This document shows positions 51,919 to 63,930 of a DNA stretch of 64,000 nt, piece by piece. Made by a program: the position numbers and the translations under genes. Where the stretch lies: the NCBI GenBank assembly GCA_002269645.1, contig NIVC01000201.1, forward strand, positions 682,001 to 746,000. Direction: 5' to 3'. Position 1 is the stretch's first letter. Every line of letters starts with the position of its first letter. Source of the DNA: Macrostomum lignano (taxonomy: Eukaryota). The notes beneath the pieces are model-generated. The model made no database searches. It was not told the origin of the DNA and saw only the letters and a program-made list of their open reading frames with translations.

Positions 51919-53921
51919 TCAAAGGCCGGCAAAGCTGATTGGCACGGGGCCAGACAGACCCAGATGGGCGATGTCCGGCTTTACATCCAGGGCCTCCTGT
52001 TGGACGTCGGAGGCGGCGGCCGCGGTGGCAAAGTGCAGCACAGGCTGCTGATGCCCGCCAGCCGGATGGTCCTGGCTGGACACGAAGGCTACCTGCATCG
52101 GCTGCTGCTGGCCTCCAGGCATTTGAATAACATACTGCACCTGCTGCTGCGGCTGATGAGACGAGGTGACAACAGTGACAGCAGCTGGCTGAGCCGGAGT
52201 CTGGTGCTCCATCAACTCGGCAGTGAGCGAGGCGTGGCCAGTCGCGGCGGCGGCAGACGCAGCAGAGACAGGCGCAGGCGCAGTAGCGGAAGCCGCCGCA
52301 GGCGCAGAGGCGGATCGAGCCGGGGTGGCGGGCAGCTGCTGCGGTTCCTCGCGCGGCACAATGTCGATGAGAAAGTCGAACTGGTCGGTGTCCTGGTCGT
52401 AGACGCTGGCGGAGATGTCGATGCGTTGCAAAGTTCGCCGGCGCTGCCGCTCCGTGTGCGACCAGGCGCGGAGGGTCAGCTCCTGCGGGATGCGGGCGGG
52501 ATGGCAGCGATGGGAGCCGGTGCCGGGACTCAGGGAGAGACAGCCACTTGCCGAGAGGCTTGGGGACAGCGTCAGACCTATCATTGGCGCGTCAGCACTG
52601 CAGCTTTAGCTTTGAAAGCTGGCAGTTTCGCTATAAAATGCTCTGTAGATTTCATCATTAATTGCTCAGAGAATGTACTTTAATTCTCCGAGGGGAAAAC
52701 AGGGTGGGCTTATTAACTTAGAAATATCCTATTTAAGAGGAACTGATAAATCCCAATATCCCAGTTGCCTGATTTATCCAATATCCCAGCTGCCTGATTC
52801 ATCCCAATATCCCAGTTGCCTGATTTATCCCAATATCCCCTGATTCATCCCAACATCCCAGTTGCCTGATTTATCCCAATATCCCAGTTGCCTGATTTAT
52901 CCCAATATCCCAGCTGCCTGATTCATCCCAATATCCCAGCTGCCTGATTCATCCCAATATCCCAGTTGCCTGATTTATCCCAATATCCCAGTTGCCTGAT
53001 TTATCCAATATCCCAGCTGCCTGATTCATCCCAATATCCCAGTTGCCTGATTTATCCCAATATCCCCTGATTTATCCCAACATCCCAGTTGCCTGATTTA
53101 TCCCAATATCCCAGTTGCCTGATTTATCCAATATCCCAGCTGCCTGATTCATCCCAATATCCCAGTTGCCTGATTTATCCCAATACCCCCTGATTTATCC
53201 CAACATCCCAGTTGCCTGATTTATCCCAATATCCCTGTTGCCTGATTTATCCAATATCCCAGCTGCCTGATTCATCCCAATATCCCAGTTGCCTGATTTA
53301 TCCCAATATCCCCTGATTTATCCCAACATCCCAGTTGCCTGATTTATCCCAATATCCCAGTTGCCTGATTTATCCCAATATCCCAGCTGCCTGATTCATC
53401 CCAATATCCCAGTTGCCTGATTTATCCCAATATCCCCTGATTTATCCCAATATCCCAGTTGCCTGATTTATCCCAATATCCCCTGATTTATCCCAATATC
53501 CCAGTTGCCTGATTTATCCCAATATCCCAGTTGCCTGATTTATCCCAATATCCCAGCTGCCTGATTTATCCCAATATCCCAGCTGCCTGATTCATCCCAA
53601 TATCCCAGCTGCCAGATTCATCCCAATATTCGATGCTCAAGGCATCCAATTGATCCCCATTATCCCCAACTATAGCAGTGCTGCCCCAACCTTGATGAGC
53701 AGCTCAGCAGCCTTGGAGAACAGCAGAGGCGCCTCCGCGGCGATCATCATCCCGCGCACATCATCGTCCAGCTTCATGATCTTCTTGATTCGCGCCAGCG
53801 GCAGCTCCGAGTTCTTGAAGGCGGCCGTGTCTGCGGGCAGGGCGGCGATCTCCCTGGCCTCGTCCTGCATCAGCCTGGCGATGCGGGCGCCCAACAGCGA
53901 AATGGAATTGACGTTGGCCAT
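51919..53921 (-). CDS. NFYC: Nuclear transcription factor Y subunit C, ~264 aa, 2 coding exons (53921-53691, 52482-51919)
   Basis: [55 protein letters not shown]......[12 protein letters not shown] histone fold; Q-rich tail; phase-0 join; an upstream exon is possible. Confidence 0.95.
52748..53630. repeat. ~26-bp intronic minisatellite (ATCCCAATATCCCAGTTGCCTGATTT)n
   Basis: Fills the NF-YC intron. Confidence 0.95.
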
Positions 53922-54009
53922 GAGGCTCTGGCTGCTGGAACTGGAATGCGGGCAGCTAAACTGATGAAGCATCTCAGAATCCCAACCCATTCTTACCCAT
54001 TACTCATAT

Positions 54010-54912
54010 CCCAATCTCAGCTCATATCCCAATCTCACCTCAGAGACCCAATCTCACCTCAGAGACCCAATCTCACCCCAGAGTCCCAATCTCACCTCAG
54101 AGACCCAATCTCACCCGAGTCCTAATCTCACCTCAGAATCCCAATCTCCCTTTCGAATCCTAATCTCACCCCAGAGTGCTAATCTCACCTCAGAGTCCTA
54201 ATCTCACCTCAGAATCCCAATCTCCCCTCAGAGTCCCAATCTCATCTGAGAGTCCCAATTTCATCCCAGAGTCCCAATCTCACCTCAGAATCCTAATATC
54301 TCTTCCGAATCCTAATCTCACCTCAGAGTCCTAATCTCACATCAGAGTCCTAATCTCACCTCAGAGTCCCAATCTCATCTGAGAGTCCCAATTTCATCCC
54401 AGAGTCCCAATCTCACCTCAGAATCCTAATATCTCTTCCGAATCCTAATCTCCCCTCAGAGTCCTAATCTCACATCAGAGTCCTAATCTCACCTCAGAGT
54501 CCCAATCTCATCTGAGAGTCCCAATTTCATCCCAGAGTCCCAATCTCACCTCAGAATCCTAATATCTCTTCCGAATCCTAATCTCCCCTCAGAGTCCTAA
54601 TCTCACATCAGAGTCCTAATCTCACCTCAGAGTCCCAATCTCATCTGAGAGTCCCAATTTCATCCCAGAGTCCCAATCTCACCTCAGAATCCTAATATCT
54701 CTTCCGAATCCTAATCTCACCTCAGAGTCCTAATCTCACCTCAGAGTCCTAATCTCACCTCAGAGTCCTAATCTCACCTCAGAGTCCTAATCTCACCTCA
54801 GAGTCCTAATCTCACCTCAGAGTCCTAATCTCACCTCAGAGTCCTAATCTCACCTCAGAGTCCTAATCTCACCTCAGAGTCCTAATCTCACCTCAGAGTC
54901 CTAATCTCCCCT
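54010..54912. repeat. 19-bp minisatellite (CCTAATCTCACCTCAGAGT)n between RPS12 and NF-YC
   Basis: Period 19, with a higher-order block in 54240-54710. Confidence 0.95.
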
Positions 54913-55325
54913 CTGAATCCTTGGTTAATCTAAAAGTAATAATAATCTGGAGAAACCACCTGGACACTCGCATTTCACTAAGCCATAGCAACCATTCCAA
55001 AAACAACAGAACACAAAGTTTCCAAAAACGGCCATCTCGCAGGACAAGCTCGAACTGGCAGGCCAATGCGCCGGGGTTGCCACCGCATTTCCACATCGGC
55101 TCGCAAGTTAGTAAAAGAGTCGCCCATCTGTTCTCATTTATTATTCAGACAAATATTACAGACCATCGCCATGATAACGAATTAATTCATTAATAATTAT
55201 TAATAGCACGCGCAATATCAGATATAATTGAACGATAGCAATTCAATCCCAAATTCGGATATCAAATACGCTGCGCTCTTGTGCCTTCCAGTTTCGCCCT
55301 TTGTCCAGCCTCCGTTCGCCTCAGA

Positions 55326-56505
55326 CTAATCCGTCATCTTCTGCAGGAACTCCATCGCCTGACTGGCATGGCTGGAGCCCAGGTCCTGTTGGAGACGGGT
55401 GGGTAATGTTATTCTTAAAGTACATTTACAACTATGTCACGTGAGCGCTTGATAAAGCATAAATAATTTGGGATTATAAGTCAGACCTATCATTCAAGCT
55501 TCACCGCTGGCGGAATTATAGCCGGACAGCTTTGCTGAAAATTGCTCACAGTCTATCATCATTTCAGAATTGAGATTTGAGACGACATGCGACATCCGGA
55601 AGTCAAGGCAAGGGATTGGGATTCATTCTTGATGGGGATCCTGAGTTAAAATTGGGATTCTATGGTAAGATTGGGATTCATTCTTGATGGGATACTGAGG
55701 TGAGACTGGGATTCTGACATTCTTGATGGGGATTCTGAGGTGAGATTGGAATTCTGACATTCTTGATGGAGATGCTGAGGTGAGATAGGGAATTCTAACA
55801 TTCTTGATGGGGATGCTGAGGTGAGACTGGGATTCTGAAATTCTTGATGGGGATGCTGAGGTGAGATTGGGGATTCTGACATTCTTAATGGGGATGCTGA
55901 GGTGAGACTGGGATTCTGAAATTCTTGATGGGGATTCTGAGGTGAGATAGAGGATTCTCGCATTCTTGATGGGGATGCTGAGGTGAGACTGGGATTCTGA
56001 AATTCTTGATGGGGATTCTGAGGTGAGACTGGGATTCTGGCATTCTTAATGGGGATTGAAGTGAAGTGAGATTGGGACAGTTAGATAGAAATCTAAGAGA
56101 TTCCGGCTTGGGAATCTGATAGCTGAGATGCAGAATTGCAGAGTTACATTCCAGCCTCACCTTGACAACCACGCAGGAGCACTTAACAACCTTGCGCGGC
56201 TTGCCCTCTTTGTCAATCTTGCACAGGCCGGCCCACTCGCCCAGCTGCTTGGCCTGGTCCACCCGCACCAGCCGGACGCCGTGCTCTGAGCAGAGCGCCT
56301 CCACCAGCTTGCTGTAGGCGGCCTCGTCGCAGTCATTGGCCAGAATGCACAGCAGGGCGTTGCGCTTCTCCAACGCTTTCGTGGCCTCGTGGAGGCCGCG
56401 CGATAAACCATCGTGCGCCATGGAAGTTTTGAGCACCTCCTGCACGGCTGTCTCCATGGTGAGCTCGCCGCCAGCAGCGGCATCAACATCGCCAGCGTCG
56501 CTCAT
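55326..56505 (-). CDS. RPS12: 40S ribosomal protein S12 (eS12), 134 aa, 2 exons (56505-56161, 55385-55326)
   Basis: [47 protein letters not shown]...[28 protein letters not shown] joined in phase 0 to [19 protein letters not shown]. Confidence 0.96.
55610..56080. repeat. ~40-bp intronic minisatellite (RPS12 intron)
   Basis: GGGGATGCTGAGGTGAGACTGGGATTCTGAAATTCTTGAT. Confidence 0.92.
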
Positions 56506-56623
56506 TGTTATTGGACTTAGAGTGGATTGATGAGCAGGCCTGAGCCTCCCGGCTGCAATTATGCATTTATTAATCAATCTAGTGTAGGGGTGTCTGCGCA
56601 ATTTTTATTTTTAATCTCCACGC

Positions 56624-59535
56624 TTTATCAGAAATTCAGTCAGTCAGTTTTTCCTCTAGCATTTTTACAATGCATTTCAAGTCGAAAAGTCCATGTGACC
56701 TTTGAAAAAAAACATGTTTTTTTCGAATATTTAATCGCCTTAGCAGTGGCGGATCTAGAATTTCATTTCGGGGGGGGGGGCGGACCAAGTTTGTGGCACC
56801 AACGAGTGTGAGGGCGCCAATTTTTAAGCTAGGTGGCGCAAATATGCGTGTAGGGCTGAAAAATCGAGTTTAGGAGGTGCAAGCTTAGGTTTTCGGGCGC
56901 AATATGTTCTATCAAGGTATTTTTTAGGGGGAGCTCTTAGCAATGAGCAATTTCCTAGCCAGGAGATATGTACCATCACGGGAAATTTTCTAATCAAATG
57001 GTGCAAGTTTCATCAAGATCACTTGAGCAGTTTTTATAAAATAAATCACACACATGGATACCTTGAGACAACTCATTTTTAGTACATAAAGGAAATAAAA
57101 CAAACAATCTACGCCTCCATTGTGGAGAAACAATTTTTTTAATAAACTATCACATATAGATAGCTTTTATGATGGGCATCCTAAGTTGAAATTGGGATTC
57201 TAGGGTAAGATTGGGATTCATTCTTAATGGGGATCCCAATTATCAATCCCAATCCCAATATTAACATTGTACAGTTTATACTGTTAGTTGCTTATGAAAA
57301 ATGATGTTTAAAGCAAACAAGCATCAGCCCTAAAAGCCAGCTATCTAACCTGAGACATCAGCATCTAATTTGAACCCTATGATGCTACAAAAACTTTTTG
57401 CATATACATCTGCTAAATAAATAAATACAATAAAAATACTAAATTAATTAATTGGGAAAAAATAAAACCTAAAACAGCAATGACATGAATTTGCATAGCC
57501 ATGATCTCCAATCCTACACTAATCTGAGGCTATTTTGTTTTTTGAGCTTTAACAAGTTTTTATTCAATTTTTTTAATTAGCAAGCAGTACTTAAAAAAAT
57601 AGAGTTGAAGATTTTGTGAATGCTAGGATAATGCTCTTAGTCTACCTGTTCCTAAACTTTACTTATAAAGAACCTATTAATACAATATATAGTTTTGCTC
57701 TCTATTATCCTCTATGCAACATAGTTATACCAGGTATCTAGAGAACTTTTTGCAACATTTTTAGCACTTGGTTGATCAGCTTTATTATATAAATTTATTG
57801 GTCACCCTATCAGTCATGCGCAACCTTGGGAATCACTCGGCCATTTCTATTGGTAACACACACACATGTAAGTCGCTATTGGACGGAATAGTAGTCACAT
57901 GACTACTCTCAGCCAATAGCAACTTACATGTGTGTGTTGCCAATAGAAACGGCCAGATGAATCCCTAGGTTGCGCCCAAGCATGTACCCTATTGTCAGGA
58001 TTGACCAAGCTAGCCAAGTAATTTACATATATGTCTTGCATTTTATAGTTAAGCTAAATTTGTTGCAATATTTAATCAGTTTTTTGTTGAATTATTCTGC
58101 AAAACAGCTTGAAGAAAATCCCCTGTTTATTTTATCCTAAAACCTTTGGATCCCAAATATTTTTGGGTACTTAGGATTAGAATCCTGGACTTAAAAACTT
58201 AGGAATTAGGCTTATAGCTTAGGTATTGAAAACTTATTAGGACCTAGTCTATTTGTACTATATCATTTATCTTTTATTTTTGGATTTAAAAGGCTAACTA
58301 AACAAAAAGTTTAAGCATGGAAGGTCAAACAAATACATACATGCCCAACACCTGTCCAACCTGTCTGAACTAGATAGGTGAAATGGCTACTGGCCAAAGA
58401 AAGTCCCAAAATTTGAAATGCAAAAAATAAAAAATTGGGGGAAGAAAGAAAGGAGAGAAAGAGAAAAGGAAAAAAGGATGGAGAAAAGCGAAAGGGGAAA
58501 AAGGAGAGAAAAAAATAGAAGAAAAGAGAAAAAGACAGAAAAAGTCATATACAAAGTGAAAATTACTAACTAAGTTGCAATTAAGAGGAACTAAGTTGCA
58601 ATTGGGAGGAACCAAGTCAGAAATCTAGACAAAATTAAGTTGCACCAGATAGGTAAAATTTTAAGGTTGGGCATATATGAACAAATATATAGCCAATCAA
58701 ACAACTTGTTTAGTTCTTGTATAAAATAAAAATTTTAAAAAACTTTTAAATATATTTATTTAACAGGTTTGCTTTGTTTTGTCTAGAAAAAATTATTATG
58801 CAAAATTATATCTAATATTAGACTTATAAAGAATATTGGACATTGGCTATAGCAGAAAAACAAATTTTTGGTAGGCCTAGAACCTAAGCACTTTAGTAAG
58901 GGTCTTCCTATGACTTGCTAATATATTTGCAAAAAGCAAAATTTAAAAAGTTATTTTTTATTAATGAATATAATGATTAATGAATATTAGGCCTAATAAC
59001 TTTAAAATGATAGAATTATATAAAATAGAAAGCAAATATATACTAGAAAAAAATGACAAATACTTATAACTTGTTTTTCATAAAATATAAAAAAATTATA
59101 TATTATCTATAGGCCTATACTAAAAATTTTTCTATTTATAAAAAGACTAAATCCTATACTAAAAATTATAATCCTTTCTTACCTAGGCCTATATACAAAA
59201 AATGAAAATCTTGCTTGTTTGTGCACAATCAATTATTTCCTGAATGGCTTAACCAATTTTTATGAGACTTGCACTATTCAATCAGAAATTTTCCCATGAT
59301 GGCACATAAGCTGCAGGGCTGTCCTGGGGAGACACAGCGGGATAGCACAAATGCCCATTCCACTACATGGTGGTACGTGTCTTGTCTAAGAAATTGCTTG
59401 ATGCTAAAGGCATTAAATATTTGAAAAAAACATGCTTTTTTGCAAAGGTCAAGCAAACTTTTTGACTTGAAATGCATTGCCATTGAAAGAATGCAAGAGA
59501 AAAAACTGGCTGGTTTGAGTCTGATTCTGAAATAA
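56624..59535. mobile_element. Old AT-rich element with diverged inverted arms
   Basis: 56624-56740 is a diverged reverse complement of 59400-59535, and 56940-57015 of 59262-59400; the left arm is interrupted by a CAGTGGCGGATC-starting insert. Confidence 0.55.
57818..57975. mobile_element. Palindromic MITE-like hairpin (~158 bp)
   Basis: GCGCAACCTTGGGA...ACATGTAAGT.GCTATTGG...CCAATAGCAACTTACATGT...TCCCTAGGTTGCGC. Confidence 0.75.
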
Positions 59536-61822
59536 ATTGTATCACAAAGGCTTTTTAATATTTATTTATTGTCTATGTACTGGCTGAATTTTGACACTGA
59601 ATTCAATTGCATCACAGTGTTGAAAATATAATGTTAATTATGGAATCATATAGCACTAGACTTGATTTAGATTGTGTAACCATATTGTCAACTTTAATTG
59701 AGACTGATACTGAATTGCCTGAGAAATTGATTATGTCATAACTGCTTTGTGAGTGAGTGTTGAATTATTTAATAAGTGCTACAATTTCATTTATAAATTT
59801 TATAAGAGCTAGACTAGATGTGAACTGAACAGATTGGACTGCTAATGCAGCGACCTGGGTTCAAATCTTAGTAGTGAAATTTTTTTATTGAAAGCTTTTA
59901 TTAAAGGACTAATAAAGGACTAAAGGCGCCATGTAAAAAATCATAGAAGTGTCATGTAAAAAATCATAAAAAGAAAAATGCAATTAAAAAAGAGTAAAAA
60001 ATTAAGATACAAATTTTTTTATTGTTCCCTCCCCCTTTTGAATTTAGTTGTCGGTTTTGTTAGTTGCCACATTTGCGGCTATTCAACTTCTGCTCTTTGG
60101 CTCTTAGACTTAGTCTTAATAACTCACTGACAATCACAGATTCAGTTAGTTGTAGGTTTTATGATAATATATGTTGTAGCATCTTATCAATAATTTTGAA
60201 ACTAACCACGCGCACGTCGACATGCAATTAAGTAAATGTAACTATTTAACCATGCAAGTCTATACTCAAGATAATTTGCACGTACGAGGGTCTGTATAAA
60301 AGCTGGTCACGTATTGGACGCGATTACCGATGGTAATGGCTAGAGTTCCGGCACCGGAACCTGTTTTCTAATGGCTATGGATCCAGCAGTCTACTGCAGG
60401 CAGTTATCTACTAATGAAGTCTTTGAACATTAGAAGTATCTTGTTTTGAATCTCATCGTTTCGTTTTGATCTTATCTTGAGCAAAATCCCAATATCAACA
60501 ACCCGTTAAAAAAGTAAAATGTTTCTGCTATATTACACACATAAATTATTACCGATTACCGCGGAATGTGAATTGTGCTTGTGCAGTTAGCAGTTAGCAT
60601 GTTGTTTTTTTTGAAAAAATTAATAGGTTTAACAAATTAAACGCGTAGCTTTTTTAATTCTTAAAAAACCAGGTTTTTCATTTGATTATATTGTTTTCAA
60701 AATAAAAACTAACTCAACAAACTTTGTATCGTTGTTTTTTATTAAGTAATTTCCTAGTGACGATTAAATTTATTCATTTTTTATTGATCCACCACCCGGG
60801 CAGTTGAGACTGGTTTTACTGATGTAAATTTTTAATATTCGAAAATCAGCTGTTCCACGCAGCCGTGCCGAGTATTTTGATGTTATCCAATAAAATGTGT
60901 GGGCCCTACATGTAACTAATTTATGCGAATGATGCTAAAAATATCCTAGCTAATTTCTTGGACAGCTTAGTTTCTTGAGGTAGATTCAAGTCGTCTTTGC
61001 TTCAACGCAAAATTTAGGGATAGCCTATTTATATAAGTCGTCTTCGTTATGCGTTCATCTAGTAACACGTATTGTAAAAATATTTGTTCTAGCCCAGAGT
61101 GCTCAAAATTAATAGGACGTAAAGGAATAAGAAAAAAGTTCTCTCTGGCCGATCAGAATGTAATGCCTTGCTGAATATGTAGGGATAACTTAAGTTAAAT
61201 TTGATATACACAAAAGTCAGTCGCTAGTATAGAAACTATACATATATAATGTACATATACATTTTTGCAGATGTGTTTCCTTATGAAGAAACGCGCAATT
61301 TTGGTTTTGAAATAATTGTTGGAGGGCATTTTTAATGAGTGGTGTACGTGATGCCTTTTTGAATTTTCGTGAATATTTTTTTCCATGATAACTACGAGGA
61401 TACGTGTAACACCTGCAAAATTTTTTTTGAGAATTCTGAAGAACGCCCACGTCAAAATGCCTAAATTGCTACATTTCAATACATTCTAAATTGTTCCAAT
61501 TCTGCAGCACAATGCAAATAATTCGTTTAAATAATTGGACACCAGTGCTGTAGTTTCCCCATATTTAACACTTCAAAACTGCTTCCCTGGAAATCTTCGT
61601 CGTTAAAAACTTTTTGAGAGGAAGAGAATTTTTTGAATGGTTGTCAATAATTGCTGTCAAATACATGTTTGCATATCATCTAGCTGTAGAAAGATTGGAG
61701 CGTCAATCTATAGATATAAATAGTAGAAGCGGAGCTGCGATTATCAACTGCATTCACTGCTGAATTCTGAATCCTGCTAAAATATACTGAGGGAGAATAC
61801 AGCAGCTGTTTACTGAGTCGCA

Positions 61823-62569
61823 ATGTCGGGCAAGAAGACCTTCGCTGTTCTTTTTCAAATCCTACATGCATCAGCGAAATCTACTGCTAGGCTGCAGCAG
61901 TACCAGGGTGTGCACAATGGCATCCTCTGCATCAATGCCCAATTCGTCGAAGTTCATCCAGATGAAAGTGGCGACATTGGCTGCGCTGCGATCTGCAGCT
62001 CCGTGCCCCGCTGCCAGGCCTTCACCACCGCCGACGGGCCGTGCCAGCTGTTCGTGTTCGACAAGTGCAGCAGGTCGGTGCGGGACTGCAGCTGCGTCAA
62101 GAGAGGCCGCCTGTTTGTGAAGCGGCAGCCGGGACTCTCGGCGGGCTCGCTGTGCCCCACCGGCTACGGTGACGAGCGGTGCGGAGTGAAGTACAAAATG
62201 CTGATGAATACCGGCGTCTGGACAGCGCAGAGACAGGTGTGTGAGTCCGACGGTGAGCTGACCACGATGGCCGACGTGATCGACAGCGCGGAGATGAGCC
62301 ACGTAAACTACCTATTCGCTAAGCACGGATCGAAGGGATTTTACCTTGGCGGCTGGCAGGTGCCGGGCAGCGACGAGCCGGCAGGCGGATGGGTCTGGGC
62401 CGGCTGCAACACCACCATCGACGGCACTCTTTGGGTCCCCAGCGAGCCCAACAACGGAGTGGCTAACGAGAACGCCATCATGCGTGTCGTTCCTTTCTCT
62501 AAGCTGGTCGACGTCACAGGTTTCCTCGTCAGGAGAGCTCTGTGCGAATGCGTGTCTCCATTCGATTGA
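61823..62569 (+). CDS. Secreted PAN/Apple + C-type lectin domain protein, 248 aa, single exon
   Basis: Likely signal peptide; IGCAAICSSVPRCQAFTTADGPCQLF (PAN-like); CTLD motifs A..VCES, FYLGG, WVW, WVPSEPNN (EPN), ALCEC. Confidence 0.88.
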   Translation: MSGKKTFAVLFQILHASAKSTARLQQYQGVHNGILCINAQFVEVHPDESGDIGCAAICSSVPRCQAFTTADGPCQLFVFDKCSRSVRDCSCVKRGRLFVKRQPGLSAGSLCPTGYGDERCGVKYKMLMNTGVWTAQRQVCESDGELTTMADVIDSAEMSHVNYLFAKHGSKGFYLGGWQVPGSDEPAGGWVWAGCNTTIDGTLWVPSEPNNGVANENAIMRVVPFSKLVDVTGFLVRRALCECVSPFD

Positions 62570-62940
62570 CTTCGAGGGATCTCTATGCTGAAAAAACAGA
62601 ACATTATAGCACACAGTTTTGTCAGACTGACTGATGCGACGTATTGCTAAATGCTGCTGTCTAAGCGTTTATATTCTACAGCAGTTTCTTAATTCTTAAG
62701 CAAGAAAGAGCAATACTGAACAATAAAAATGTGAAAGATGCTACTTTAAGTACAGTGGCGTTTGGCTCTATATTTTTAACGGATTTTTACACCAGTCACC
62801 GTCTCTGCACCCCACTGCCACACCAGAATTGGCCCAGTCGGCGACTCCAGCTGGCAGCCTTTCAATTCATCCGTGCTGAGTCGTATTGCGCTTTCAGGCG
62901 GTTTCAAAAGGTGCTTCAGTGGCTGACGCTACGTTTCGTC

Positions 62941-63208
62941 GACTGCCCGCCCTGAGTCTGTCACCCCAGACTGCCCGCCCTGAGTCTGTCACCCCAGACT
63001 TCCCGCCCATGAGTCTGTCATCCCAGACTTCCCGCCCATGAGTCTGTCACCCCAGACTGCCCGCCCTGAGTCTGTCACCCCAGACTGCCCGCCCTGAGTC
63101 TGTCACCCCAGACTTCCCGCCCATGAGTCTGTCATCCCAGACTTCCCGCCCATGAGTCTGTCACCCCAGACTGCCCGCCCCTGAGTCTGTCACCCCAGAC
63201 TGCCTGCC
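62941..63208. repeat. 28-bp tandem repeat (GACTGCCCGCCCTGAGTCTGTCACCCCA)n
   Basis: ~9 units. Confidence 0.93.
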
Positions 63209-63819
63209 CCTATTCGTGCCCAGCTTATGGAGCCGCTAAGAGCAGCTGGAGCATCTTTAGTATACAATGCAACCCATATCCTATTGGTTGAATGTTTTTA
63301 ACAAAAAAAGCAATCTGAAGGATCACGGCCAAAAATTATCCATCCGATAACGATGCAAAATTTGTAGTTGCCATGCATTTAATATTACCCACTTAGCATT
63401 TGCGTAGCAGCGTCTTGAACCCAGCTCGCTAAGACTCTTCAACGTAAATTTTTTATTCATTCTGACATTCGCGTGAGGACTATCTTTTAGCTTTGCGAAT
63501 CTGATCATCAAAGTCCTTCATGCTTAATTTGCGTGAACATGATGAAGAGAATACTCGATCCCGCGTTCCTACGCCCCAGCTATGTTCTTCTCAAGATATT
63601 GACTCATTTCTGCTCAGCAACGGGTCAGAGTTGACCTCCGCTGACTCAAAACTGCCTGAAAAATGGGTCCAGAGATTCGGGAGTTTGGCTTTAATCTTAG
63701 TCTTTGACTTTAAAATTTAAATGTCAGCAATAAAAATTTGCTAGTTTAGGAAGGAGCACAGAAAGCTTTATCAAAAGTTTAGACTAAATTTGTCTGTTTG
63801 AAATTCTTCCAGGTGCCAG

Positions 63820-63930
63820 GTGAGATACCTATGTCAAACATGTGAGATACCTATGTCAAACATGTGAGATACCTATGTCAAACATGTGAGATACCTATGT
63901 CAAACATGTGAGATACCTATGTCAAACAGG
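63820..63930. repeat. 22-bp tandem repeat (GTGAGATACCTATGTCAAACAT)n
   Basis: ~4.5 units. Confidence 0.92.

Noticed and set aside
51904-52683. Plus-strand ORFs overlapping NF-YC, MRPL3, GT92 and RT (e.g. 259 aa, 154 aa)
   Set aside because: Antisense shadows of GC3-rich coding sequence.
60283-60500. TACGAGGG mariner-like TIR start
   Set aside because: No matching CCCTCGTA partner end or transposase nearby.
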